Shown: positions 40,201 through 47,938 of the stretch, piece by piece
Layout: each line of letters begins with the position of its first letter
How positions within the stretch are numbered: the first letter of the stretch is position 1
DNA from: an uncultured Gammaproteobacteria bacterium
GTDB lineage: Bacteria > Patescibacteriota > Patescibacteriia > UBA9934
Assembly (NCBI GenBank): GCA_964452565.1
Contig: CAYVLY010000003.1
Location: 22,555 to 86,554 of the forward strand
DNA length: 64,000 nucleotides
Direction of reading: 5' to 3'
Position numbers and translations under genes: made by a program
Notes under the pieces: generated by a model
What the model was told of the DNA's origin: nothing
Seen by the model: the letters and a program-made list of their open reading frames with translations, nothing else
The model's database searches: none

Positions 40201-40998
40201 ATTGCAAGTCAAGCTACAAACTCTGGAAGTTACTCATGGATAGCGCCAGAAGGTCTTTCTGAGGCATCTGATATACAATTCAAGATTGAGGGAACTGACC
40301 TTGTTGAAATAACAAGTACTTATGAAACTGGATTAATGGATATATGTGAGGTAGAAGAAGTGGATGAAGATGACGATGCTGTCGATGATGCCGATGACAC
40401 AGCAGATGCCGCTGATGGTGAAGAAGAGGCAGAGGAGATTGTTGTACCGATTGGAATGGCGATTGAATCAGCCTTTGGTGATAAATGGACAAAGGAAGTG
40501 GCAAAAAGAGAAATAGATACGTCAGAGTTCCCAGTACAGGAAGTTGCCATTGGTTCACTTGTGAAGCTCGTAGATGATGGAGACCCAGCAACGCAGGCGG
40601 ATTCAGCAGTCTATTACGTTGGCGCCGATCAACGAAGACATCCATTCCCCAATGAATCGGTGTACAGTACATGGTTCACGACTTTTCACGGTATAAAAAC
40701 CATTGAACAGGAAACAATGTCCGCGATTCCAATGGGACCCATGGTTACTTATAGGCCAGGTTCGACCCTTGTGAAGTTCCCGTCTGTAAATAAGGTTTAT
40801 GCTATTGATGCTGACGGTTCACTGCGATGGATCGCAACAGAGGAGCTTGTAGAAGAATTGTATGGAGACGAGTGGAATAAATTTATAGTAGATATTTCAG
40901 AAGCCTTCTATTCAAGTTACGAATTTGGAACCAGCTTAAGCTCTATGGAGGACATGACCTGGGATACAGTGATGGCATTATACGCAGCGAATAAGTAG
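34222..40998 (+). CDS. Giant secreted/surface protein (~2258 aa): beta-helix-like repeats, LamG-like domain, Ig-like domains, CPR-type C-terminal domain
   Basis: Signal ending AEA-A, Thr/Gly/Asp-rich repeats, YWNLDDGSG..SVSLWFK..FNGRMDEVRVY (LamG) and SAVYYVGADQRRHPFPNE C-terminus. Confidence 0.85.
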   Translation: MRYIKTRSLALFICNVSVIAVFVFLAGVLWVNNAEAAVVTWEGDVDNNWSTDGNWDTGTAPTSIDVATFVDAYDANCDIDATINVKGIDINTGYAGTITQQTGSDITVGTSDFAQDAGTFTGSSNASDDITINGDLTVGSNFTSTKGTLYLAGIVNITGTFTHNSGTVEAIFASGSTDTDFNNAATLYNFIVNKSSWDVNLSGQTIIVEGTLTLTDGAVNNGTIEMQGVTTTVGTDAGNGNADIEFTQSATQTLTCSATYFQYKITVNKAGGSFDFGSNIDTSTDASADFVLTLGTVNLGSYTLNVHDDIQIDGGTFNSNTGDVITDDLRINAGTFEAPDASGSLAISGVLVVDGTFTHNDGTVTLDDTTAAGDVDIYDAVTFKNLVLNKTGGWGLNLRTITIIVTDTLTVTDGYINNGTLEMQGATTTIGANADNGNADFEFTQSATQTLTCNATYFQYKIIVNKAGGSFDFGSNIDTSTDASADFVLTLGTVNLGGYTLDVQDLIQIDGGTFNSNTGDIITDNLTINGGTFEAPDASGSLTISGDLRATGTFTHNDGTVTFDDTTAGGEVNIYNAVTFKNLVLNKTSGWGLNLRTTTTIVTNTLTVTDGYVNNGTLQLQGATITVNADDNGTADFEFTGSATQTFTCGATYFQNKIIVNKAGGSFDFGSDIDVSTDGNADFVLTTGTVNLGSYTLDLHDDLQIDAGTFNGGSGDIVANDVLINGGTFEAPDASGSLTLSKVLTAVGTFSHNNGTVTFDDTVSGGDADVNQAVTFNNLAVNKPGWGLQLSSQTIVAEGALTMTDGRFNSGTVQAQGNVTVASAWDTDTSTTLQFTSSNVQSFDLTGATGAFNADIVINKSGGSVQLASDLTMNQSDQDLTIVEGTFDLNGYDLDINDQANSDFDIEDGGVLRWQGSETLSVNTGDPTLASGSQVIYDPTSGTVSLQDWTYHHLEVVGTGGAVVQMGSTETIAGNLTITSGILDVNGSGLTVSGTFSNLGTLRIQGDETLSLTNDTDSGTIEFVGDGDSAADAYNMLNWTFNNLSVNFTDSADSINGQYLTGTNTMANNLWSYWNLDDGSGSTATDQSANTNNGTLNNMEEGDWITSDLAPLTFTNTNGLVFDGGTSNEYVEFTSDAAFNDRSVSLWFKTSDTSSRQVLFQEGGTSNGMNIYIDGGKVYGGSWGSGINSVFLSGNISADTWTNVILTFDDTGNLELFIGNVSQGTSATGGSMPAHTAQDSLAAKLGDTKYHDGTSNGNGHYFNGRMDEVRVYERVVTSAERIALAAGSNDSRTSTPLSSLTVNSNFTQAGGTFTAPTGTMTVKGNFANTGGTFTHNSGTVALSDSGVATTVSGNTTFNNLSMTTNGDTITFTHTTTTTVAGTFTVTGASGQQITLASSDPGTTWLLNVSGTSSVDYVHVTDSDASGGNAITHVDVAHSTDNGNNTNWGFNVAPTVTSVTAVQESDGTVTITFIMDDGDDDNTLEALVQYNVGGGNTKATLSETDGDTSATYGDPKVENDDTYQVGNASGYITSSSGANTVTTQWNASTDETGIDISTATITVTPYDGTEAGTPSSSSNFSLDLTAPTVSSASYKDTNADGTVDRVDIVFNENVSLGSYNTADWSFSEQGTITLDDSGASASTDTILLTVTADANETGGATAPTVLYTNAAGRLTDAYNNAVATFGAAQTVTDAASPRMNQIGYRDSDADGQIDSAVLAFSETVTIVYDDGDWVTVANDLTNMDVSAIASGNGTSSVTFTATAAADITGGSTQPTIAFTPTTGSIQDSATNAATAFSATSFVDEAKPVILTSTPTDTSTVQSRTNAIVWNFSEAMATGGGWVHASEFTSTPNPGGWGTASWSNSDKTVTVSHAPFLCITDYSIATDDTVIAAAAGETGYTALDDSASAPIGTALTFTTMTCTGTSSSQASQVADTMSYPVTDDIDVADGAGAADEDECSGVEPGAKIKLSWSVTSSVGFVNLYYSTDQGETYATIASQATNSGSYSWIAPEGLSEASDIQFKIEGTDLVEITSTYETGLMDICEVEEVDEDDDAVDDADDTADAADGEEEAEEIVVPIGMAIESAFGDKWTKEVAKREIDTSEFPVQEVAIGSLVKLVDDGDPATQADSAVYYVGADQRRHPFPNESVYSTWFTTFHGIKTIEQETMSAIPMGPMVTYRPGSTLVKFPSVNKVYAIDADGSLRWIATEELVEELYGDEWNKFIVDISEAFYSSYEFGTSLSSMEDMTWDTVMALYAANK
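34954..36480 (+). repeat. Three ~197-aa tandem coding repeats
   Basis: VNKAGGSFDFGS coded at 35020, 35611 and 36199 (offsets 591 and 588 bp). Confidence 0.85.
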
Positions 40999-41005
40999 AT
41001 AAAGC

Positions 41006-41038
41006 AAAACACCCTGAGCGAAGTCGAAGGGTGTTTTT
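41006..41038. terminator. Terminator built around a CCCTGAGCGAAGTCGAAGGG repeat
   Basis: AAAACACCCT...AGGGTGTTTT. Confidence 0.7.
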
Positions 41039-41120
41039 GATCGATTATTTTTAGTTGAACCATTTTAGTTCAACTAATAAAATTGAACTAAAATTTTGCG
41101 CTAAAATTAGCTCAGAAATC

Positions 41121-41149
41121 TTGACAAAAGCACAATTTTGTGCTATTTT
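41121..41149 (+). promoter_or_regulatory. Promoter of GC-rich gene 4
   Basis: TTGACA-17 bp (ending TGc)-TATTTT. Confidence 0.75.
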
Positions 41150-41221
41150 TTGGCTAGTTTCTTTCTTAAGGTTTCTAAACGGCTAACAACGGCCAATATT
41201 AAAAAGCAAAAAGGGGGAACG

Positions 41222-41536
41222 ATGTTCTACTTCGATATCCTGGTCAGCGGTGTGGTGTCCACGGCGATCTCGCCATACGTCTGGGCGCTGCTCTACCTGC
41301 TGTTCATGATGCGCATGCGCCATAGCGTTGATGAGTTCGGCGCATTCGTTCTCTGGGCGCTCGTTTTGCTGGCCGGATGCCTGGTTGGCGTCTGGGCAGA
41401 AAATGCCGGGTGGAGTGAGCACAGGCAGATGTCACAAGAAGACTACGTTGTGATGATAGTCTTCGCGCTGGTGGTACCGCTGCTCATCGGCATGGTGCTG
41501 GCAGGTGTCGCGCGCATGACATCCACCCACCAGTGA
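41222..41536 (+). CDS. GC-rich orphan membrane protein (104 aa, 3 TM)
   Basis: AGGGGGA SD-like sequence before ATG. GC rises abruptly at the start codon. Confidence 0.7.
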   Translation: MFYFDILVSGVVSTAISPYVWALLYLLFMMRMRHSVDEFGAFVLWALVLLAGCLVGVWAENAGWSEHRQMSQEDYVVMIVFALVVPLLIGMVLAGVARMTSTHQ

Positions 41537-41555
41537 TCACCTACAAGCTGTCCTC

Positions 41556-41581
41556 AGACCTGGTCCCAGACAAGGTCTTTT
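41556..41581 (+). terminator. Weak intrinsic terminator
   Basis: AGACCT..AGGTCT followed by TTT. Confidence 0.5.
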
Positions 41582-41609
41582 CCGTTCTATGATATAATAA
41601 CCCAGCAAT

Positions 41610-42293
41610 ATGATTCGATTTTCTAATGTTAGCAAGCACTATCCGCCAAGCACAAAGGCTTTGCGGCATGTTAGCTTGCATATAAAACCAGGTGAGTTTA
41701 TATCTGTTGTTGGGCAGAGTGGATCAGGTAAAACAACTCTAGCAAAGCTTTTGTTTGCAGAAGAAAAAGCAACAAAGGGAAAGATCGTAATTGGAGATTG
41801 GGACATCAGCAGAATACGTCAGTCAGAGGTGCCAGATCTTCGCAGACAGATAGGTGTTGTGTTTCAGGACTTTAAGTTACTGCCACGAAAGACGGTTTTA
41901 GAGAATGTGAAATTCGCGCTTGAGGTAGCCGGCGAGTCACGCTCACGTATTCACAAAATTGTTCCTCAAGTATTAAAAATCGTTGGGCTTTCAGATAAGC
42001 ATGCTCGGTATCCACGCCAATTGTCAGGCGGTGAGCAGCAACGAGTATCAATTGCGCGCGCTCTAGTTCATCGGCCAAAGATCCTTGTAGCAGATGAGCC
42101 AACTGGAAATCTCGATACCATTCATGCGCATGAGATTATCCAACTTCTTAAAAAGATCAACGAATACGGAACTACAGTTGTTTTGGTAACACATGATCGA
42201 GATATAGTTAATGCACTTAAAAAACGCGTGGTGACAATTGCGGATGGAAAAATCGTTTCTGACATTGAGCGCGGTAAATACATTCTCTCATGA
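41610..42293 (+). CDS. ftsE: Cell division ATP-binding protein FtsE
   Basis: GQSGSGKTT, LRRQIGVVFQDFKLL, LSGGEQQR and ADEPTGNLD motifs; adjacent to ftsX. Confidence 0.93.
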   Translation: MIRFSNVSKHYPPSTKALRHVSLHIKPGEFISVVGQSGSGKTTLAKLLFAEEKATKGKIVIGDWDISRIRQSEVPDLRRQIGVVFQDFKLLPRKTVLENVKFALEVAGESRSRIHKIVPQVLKIVGLSDKHARYPRQLSGGEQQRVSIARALVHRPKILVADEPTGNLDTIHAHEIIQLLKKINEYGTTVVLVTHDRDIVNALKKRVVTIADGKIVSDIERGKYILS

Positions 42294-43210
42294 GTTTACC
42301 TTTATCAACTGCTAGGGTTATTAAGTTTACATTCCAGAACATTTTTAGAAACTTCTGGCTGTCTTTTATAACTCTAACAATTTTTGTCTTAACCCTGATA
42401 ACGATCAACGCAGTACTATTCATGAATGTAGTTGCAGAGTCGGTTCTCGAGGCGGTTGAGCAAAAGGTAGAGGTGACATTCTACTTCACACCAGATGCAT
42501 CTGAGGATATTGTTACTTCAGCGCAAGGTTATCTACGTGGATTTTCGCAGGTACGAGATGTAGAGTATGTTTCAGCTGATGAGGCACTGGAGCTTTTTAA
42601 AGAACGTCATGCAGATGACGAGGTGATACTTTCGTCACTTGATGAAGTTGGAGATAACCCATTTGGGCATTCGCTTGTAGTCACAACTCAGTCAACGGAT
42701 GACTTTGATTTTATCTCAGATGTGATGGAAACGCCTGAGTTCACCCCTTATATCAAAGAGCAGGACTTCACTGACTATGAGCAAGTTATTGAGAAGATAG
42801 AAACGCTCAATACCCGGATTGGCTATGCTGGATTTGCACTGGCTGGATTATTTGGACTAATCGCAATAATGATTATCTTTAACACCATTCGTGTTGCGAT
42901 TTACGTTCATCGCGATGAGATTGGAATCATGAAGTTGGTTGGAGCAAATGACTGGTTTGTGCGTGGGCCATTCATACTTGAGGCCTTACTCTATAGTTTC
43001 TGTGCAACAGTTGTGATGATCGCGATTACATTCGGACTTTTAGGTGCATCAAGAAATCAAATCACAGATTACTTCGGTGATGCCGGTGAGAGTATATTTT
43101 CGTATTTCCAAGACAATGCACTATTTATCTTTGGTTGGCAGTTCCTAGCTCTGGCGCTCTTGAGCCTTTTGACCACCGCATTTGCGATGAGGAAGTATTT
43201 GAAAACTTAG
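42290..43210 (+). CDS. ftsX: Cell division permease FtsX
   Basis: IFNTIRVAI..EIGIMKLVGA..FVRGPFILE. Confidence 0.92.
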   Translation: MSLPLSTARVIKFTFQNIFRNFWLSFITLTIFVLTLITINAVLFMNVVAESVLEAVEQKVEVTFYFTPDASEDIVTSAQGYLRGFSQVRDVEYVSADEALELFKERHADDEVILSSLDEVGDNPFGHSLVVTTQSTDDFDFISDVMETPEFTPYIKEQDFTDYEQVIEKIETLNTRIGYAGFALAGLFGLIAIMIIFNTIRVAIYVHRDEIGIMKLVGANDWFVRGPFILEALLYSFCATVVMIAITFGLLGASRNQITDYFGDAGESIFSYFQDNALFIFGWQFLALALLSLLTTAFAMRKYLKT

Positions 43211-43305
43211 ACCATCCCGATACGAAGGTGAGGGATCCCGGCTGGCTTAGTGATTATCGGCCAGCCATTGAAAAATACAGCGTTTTCTGTTAGTCTAATC
43301 GACCT

Positions 43306-44799
43306 ATGGACGAAAATGCATCACAATACGGAAAGCACAGATTTTGGGAGATGATCCCAGGAATTCTTATTTGGACGACGTTTATCCTTGCGATTGGAGC
43401 GTCTTTTTTTGCTCCTGCAGTTGCTGTAATCTTCATTATCATTTTTGATTTGTACTGGACAATGCGTGTTCTGTACTTTTTGTTTTTTGTTATATTTGCA
43501 CATCGGACATATCGCAAGGCAATGCTTATTGATTGGTATGCAAAGACTCAGGAGATCGAAGATTGGGATCGCCTTTATCACATCGTATTTTTACCAACAG
43601 TCGATGAGGGCATCAACATTTTACGAGATGCCATGGAGTCGATCAAAGAAAGTGCTTATCGAAATGATCGGTTTATTGTTGTGCTTGGTGGTGAAGAGCC
43701 AAGAAAGCAGGAGTTTTTGGAAAAGGCAGAGAAGATTAAAGAAGAATATGGAGATGTGTTTGCGTATTTCATGATAACGGTTCATCCTAAAGGTCTGCCT
43801 GGTGAGATTGTTGGAAAAGGTTCTAACATGAAGTGGATGGAGACTGAGGTTCAGAAGTATATTGATGAGCAGAAGATTCCTTACGAAGATATTCTTGTTA
43901 CAGCGTTTGATATTGATACGATCGCCCATCCTCAGTACTATTCGAGATTGAGCTATTTATATCTCACAGTTGATAAACCTACGCAGGCATCGTATCAACC
44001 AGTGGTGCTATATTCGAATAATGTATGGAAGGTTCAGGCACCGATTCGTGTTTCAGTGTTTGGTACTACTTTCTGGCTTTTGTCTGAGTTGGCCCGATCA
44101 GATCGAATGTGGACGTTTTCATCACATTCTATGACCTGGCAAATGCTTGTTGATGTTGGATTCCATGAGCCAAACTTAGTGTCTGAAGATTCACGCATCT
44201 TTTTGCAAGGTTTGATTCAATATAACGGAGATTATCGTGTAGAGCCAATGTTTTTGCCTGTTTACATGGACGCTGTCGAAGGCGAAGGTTATTGGGATGG
44301 TATGAAAGCGCTTTATAAGCAGCAGAGACGTTGGGCATGGGGAGTGGAGCATCTTCCATACATGCTTGAGAAGTTTAAAGAAAATAAGATGATTCCTTGG
44401 TGGATTAAGACAAAGTATGTTTTTAATCAACTTGAAGGAATGTACACCTGGGCAACAGCACCAATGTTGATTTTCATTCTCGGATACTTGCCATTCTTCA
44501 TGTTGCAAGATACGCCAACAGCGCTTTTGGCAAACTCACCATTCACTCTCGAACGCATGATGCAGGTTGCAACTGCTGGTGTATTCATTAGTGCGCTTTT
44601 GAGTTTTTGGCTTTTACCTAAGCGACCAAAAGATAAATCGCGATGGTGGTGGTTGATTATGATCTTACAATGGGCTTTGTTGCCGATCACGTTTGTAGTA
44701 TTTGGAGCCTTCCCAGCAATCGATGCTCAAACCCGCATGATGACTGGAAAGTATCTTGGATTCAATGTGACAAGAAAGCAGAGGCGAGTTAAAAAGTAG
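43306..44799 (+). CDS. Membrane GT2 glycosyltransferase (processive-type motifs)
   Basis: DID, SED and QQRRW motifs with flanking TMs. Confidence 0.85.
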   Translation: MDENASQYGKHRFWEMIPGILIWTTFILAIGASFFAPAVAVIFIIIFDLYWTMRVLYFLFFVIFAHRTYRKAMLIDWYAKTQEIEDWDRLYHIVFLPTVDEGINILRDAMESIKESAYRNDRFIVVLGGEEPRKQEFLEKAEKIKEEYGDVFAYFMITVHPKGLPGEIVGKGSNMKWMETEVQKYIDEQKIPYEDILVTAFDIDTIAHPQYYSRLSYLYLTVDKPTQASYQPVVLYSNNVWKVQAPIRVSVFGTTFWLLSELARSDRMWTFSSHSMTWQMLVDVGFHEPNLVSEDSRIFLQGLIQYNGDYRVEPMFLPVYMDAVEGEGYWDGMKALYKQQRRWAWGVEHLPYMLEKFKENKMIPWWIKTKYVFNQLEGMYTWATAPMLIFILGYLPFFMLQDTPTALLANSPFTLERMMQVATAGVFISALLSFWLLPKRPKDKSRWWWLIMILQWALLPITFVVFGAFPAIDAQTRMMTGKYLGFNVTRKQRRVKK

Positions 44800-44942
44800 A
44801 TATTAACAAAAGGCCCGGCATCGCGTCGGGTTTTGTGTTTGGTACAAGAGTTGATGCGATCGCATCAAAAGTTGTACTTTAAAGATAGAAAAGAAGAACC
44901 CCCGCGCGAGCAGGGGCTCGACGGAGGCGAGGGGGGCGTGGG

Positions 44943-45482
44943 TCAGATGGAGTAGCCCATGCAGGTGGACCAGCGGATGGCGCGCTTGATCACGGGGCTG
45001 CGGTAGCCGGCATGTGGTGTGGTGACCACCTCCAGGCTGAAGAGCACTGCGGCCACGGGGATGGCCAGGAATATGATGGTGGCTGCGACGTTGTACACGT
45101 ACCACGCCGGTTCGAAGTAGGCTGGGATGCTCTCCAGTAGCCCGATGTCCACCAGTACCCTGGTTTCCCACCAGAAAACCGAGTACTCGATTGTCGGCTG
45201 GATGTTCCAGCCGATGGCTTCGAGCCACTGGCTGGGCGCGTAGATGGTGAAGAAGAACAGGCTGACTGCCCAGATGAGCGCACCGACGGCCAGGCAGCTG
45301 ACGAACTCGACCACACCGTTCACCACTTTCATGGTGCTGTTCCGGTCTTCGTAGTTCTCCCTGAGGATCACGTCCAGCTGGGCTGCCGCTACCGCAATGA
45401 ACGGGAATAGGATCACAGAGCAGACCAGGCCCCAGACCAGGGACCAGAGGGCGCCGACACGGCGCAGGACGGAGATGAGCAT
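44943..45482 (-). CDS. GC-rich orphan membrane protein (179 aa)
   Basis: GAAAGG before ATG 45482, 3 hydrophobic segments, GC-rich hairpin plus U-rich run after the stop. Confidence 0.7.
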   Translation of the reverse strand: MLISVLRRVGALWSLVWGLVCSVILFPFIAVAAAQLDVILRENYEDRNSTMKVVNGVVEFVSCLAVGALIWAVSLFFFTIYAPSQWLEAIGWNIQPTIEYSVFWWETRVLVDIGLLESIPAYFEPAWYVYNVAATIIFLAIPVAAVLFSLEVVTTPHAGYRSPVIKRAIRWSTCMGYSI

Positions 45483-45586
45483 TGTTTTGCCTTTCATGCT
45501 CGGGTTCTCAGAGGGCATATTCATTATACACTCAGAGAACGCGAGCACTGATAAATTGCTCACACATTATGAAATATCAACAAACT

Positions 45587-45615
45587 ATAATAGCGCAAAA
45601 ATGCCTTTTTGTCAA
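45587..45615 (-). promoter_or_regulatory. Promoter of GC-rich gene 5
   Basis: TTGACA-17 bp-TATTAT on the minus strand. Confidence 0.8.
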
Positions 45616-45692
45616 GGATTCTAACTAATATTGGGCTTTTTTTAAAGTAATTTTGGTAAACATTTAAGGAATTAAGTACACTGTGTACATCT

Positions 45693-46724
45693 ATGCATGT
45701 ATATGTACACATTATTGCTTGGAATGAGCGGGACTATTTGCCTGCGCTTTTAGAGTCCTTAGGGGGTCAGACCCACAAAAATTTCACAATCCGACTTTTG
45801 GATAATGGATCAACTGATGGCACTTATGAGTTTATTCAGCAGCATTGTCCAAAGAACCTAGTTGTTCGCAATAATAAGAACTTGGGATTTGCTGAAGGTC
45901 ATAATCAGTTGATTCGATTTACCTTAGATCGGGCACCAGAGAACCAACAGGCTGCTATCTTACTTGCGAACGCCGACATGCTTATCGAGCCAGATGCGAT
46001 TGAAAAGATGGTCAAGACTCTCGGAAAGAATATCGGAGCAGTACAGCCTAAGCTATATCGAGCGTTCGGCGAGAATATTGGCGATGAGTATCTTGAGGAG
46101 ACAGTCAAATCAGATATATTTGATACAACTGGACTTCAGGTTTCAAAGTCTTGGCGTATGGGTGATCGTGGCGCAGGGGATATGGATGCCGGTCAGTATG
46201 ATCAAAAATTGGACCTTTTTGGTCCAGGTGGGGCTATGTTTATGATTCCGATCGAGACTGTACGCGATGTGATAGTCGAAAATGATTTTTTCGATTCTGA
46301 CTTTTTTGCTTATCGAGAAGATTGTGACTTGGCTTGGAGATTACAAAAGCGAAGGTGGAAGACTGTATTTGTACCAGACGCCATTGCATATCATTATCGA
46401 GGGATGTATGGAGCTGAGAAGCAAACATGGCTGCAGCGCTTAAGGAATCGCAAAGGACAGAATCCATTTTTCGCAGCATACTCGACGCGTAATCAACTTT
46501 TCGTACTTTTGAAGAATCTAACGTTTGGAGATTTGATTCTCGGACTACCCTGGATTGTATTTAATGAAGGTGGTAGAGTCGTTTATGCATTTTTCTTTGA
46601 GGGTCAGACCCGCTCAAGACTTCTCCAAGGAATCAAGCTAATACCTAAGATGCTTAAGAAACGCAAGCAGATTCTAAAGCGACAGCTAAAGCCTGAGAGC
46701 GAGATCCGCGCGTATGTTGAATAA
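45693..46724 (+). CDS. Glycosyltransferase family 2
   Basis: LDNGSTDGT, NLGFAEGHN and FFAYREDCDL motifs. Confidence 0.9.
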   Translation: MHVYVHIIAWNERDYLPALLESLGGQTHKNFTIRLLDNGSTDGTYEFIQQHCPKNLVVRNNKNLGFAEGHNQLIRFTLDRAPENQQAAILLANADMLIEPDAIEKMVKTLGKNIGAVQPKLYRAFGENIGDEYLEETVKSDIFDTTGLQVSKSWRMGDRGAGDMDAGQYDQKLDLFGPGGAMFMIPIETVRDVIVENDFFDSDFFAYREDCDLAWRLQKRRWKTVFVPDAIAYHYRGMYGAEKQTWLQRLRNRKGQNPFFAAYSTRNQLFVLLKNLTFGDLILGLPWIVFNEGGRVVYAFFFEGQTRSRLLQGIKLIPKMLKKRKQILKRQLKPESEIRAYVE

Positions 46725-47547
46725 TTCCAAAACAATCGATCTGTCGATCCTTATTGTTCACACGTTTGAGGGTCGTTTGTTGCGTCAGACTTTAGGGAGT
46801 ATCAGTCGCGCAGCACCCAAGGTGAACTTCGAGGTTGTTATCATCGATAATAATCCTGCTGCTGGATTTGGTGAGGTTCTTGCAGATGAATTCCCGCACA
46901 TTCGTCACATTGGGCTTGAGAGAAATGTTGGATTTGGAGCTGCGATGAATGTTGGAATCAAGGCAGCAAAAGGGCGCTATGTATTGATCTTTAACCCAGA
47001 TATTGTTGTGCAGCCCGAGTCTCTAGAGACAATGATGGAGTTTATGGATGAAAATCATGATGTGGGGATCTGCGGTCCTCAACTTAAAAATCCAGATGGT
47101 AGCCTTCAATACTCATGTTACAGATTTCCAACAGTAATGATTCCGGCATATCGAAGAACACCGCTGGGCAAGTTTTCATTTGGTCGCAGAGCTGTGGAGC
47201 ATTATCTTATGACTCACGAGAACCATGATCAAGAGATGGATGTTGACTCTCTTATTGGTGCAGCGTTATTCACACGAAAGACAACACTAGATGAGGTTGG
47301 GCATTTTGATGAGCGCTTTTTCATGTATTATGAGGATAATGATCTTTGTAGGAGGTTTTGGGAAAAAGGGCACAGAGTAGTTTATTACCCAAAAGCACAC
47401 ATGATCCATTATCATCGACGTGCAAGTGCTGATGGCAACTTTCTAAAGCAACTATTCAATCGATTTGCCTGGATACAGATTGCGAGTGCTATAAAGTTTT
47501 TTGCAAAATATAGAGGAAAAGAGAATCCTCGCAGAGTGATCAAATGA
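46714..47547 (+). CDS. Glycosyltransferase family 2 (rhamnosyltransferase-like)
   Basis: NVGFGAAMN, NPD and FDERFFMYYEDNDLC motifs. Confidence 0.9.
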   Translation: MLNNSKTIDLSILIVHTFEGRLLRQTLGSISRAAPKVNFEVVIIDNNPAAGFGEVLADEFPHIRHIGLERNVGFGAAMNVGIKAAKGRYVLIFNPDIVVQPESLETMMEFMDENHDVGICGPQLKNPDGSLQYSCYRFPTVMIPAYRRTPLGKFSFGRRAVEHYLMTHENHDQEMDVDSLIGAALFTRKTTLDEVGHFDERFFMYYEDNDLCRRFWEKGHRVVYYPKAHMIHYHRRASADGNFLKQLFNRFAWIQIASAIKFFAKYRGKENPRRVIK

Positions 47548-47611
47548 ACAGGGAGTTGTGGGATATGCAACATTTCATGTAAAATAGCAGAAAGATTATT
47601 AATCTATTTAT

Positions 47612-47875
47612 ATGCAAGAAGGTAGTAGAGAACAGGGGAAGTCACGTTATGAAAGTATGAGTAACGCTGATTTGGTTGGCGAATGGGAGATGTCTTATTC
47701 AGATTGGGATCAGGCTATGAGTCTTGAGGGGGCTGACAGCTATGACGAGGAAGCAGTAGAACGAGAGTATCAGGTTATGGCCGAGATCCAGCCATTACTC
47801 GCAGATCGAGGTCTTTGGGATGAGAAAGCAAAAAAGCCAAGTAAAAGTAGTGTTGAATTGGAGGGGGGAGAATAA
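47612..47875 (+). CDS. Small acidic hypothetical protein
   Basis: 87 aa with TATG start, TAAAAT upstream and AAAGAGCCA/TGGCTCTTT hairpin downstream. Confidence 0.65.
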   Translation: MQEGSREQGKSRYESMSNADLVGEWEMSYSDWDQAMSLEGADSYDEEAVEREYQVMAEIQPLLADRGLWDEKAKKPSKSSVELEGGE

Positions 47876-47938
47876 AACAAACCCTAGATCCCAAAGTAAA
47901 GAGCCACTAACATGGCTCTTTTCTGATATAATACCAAC

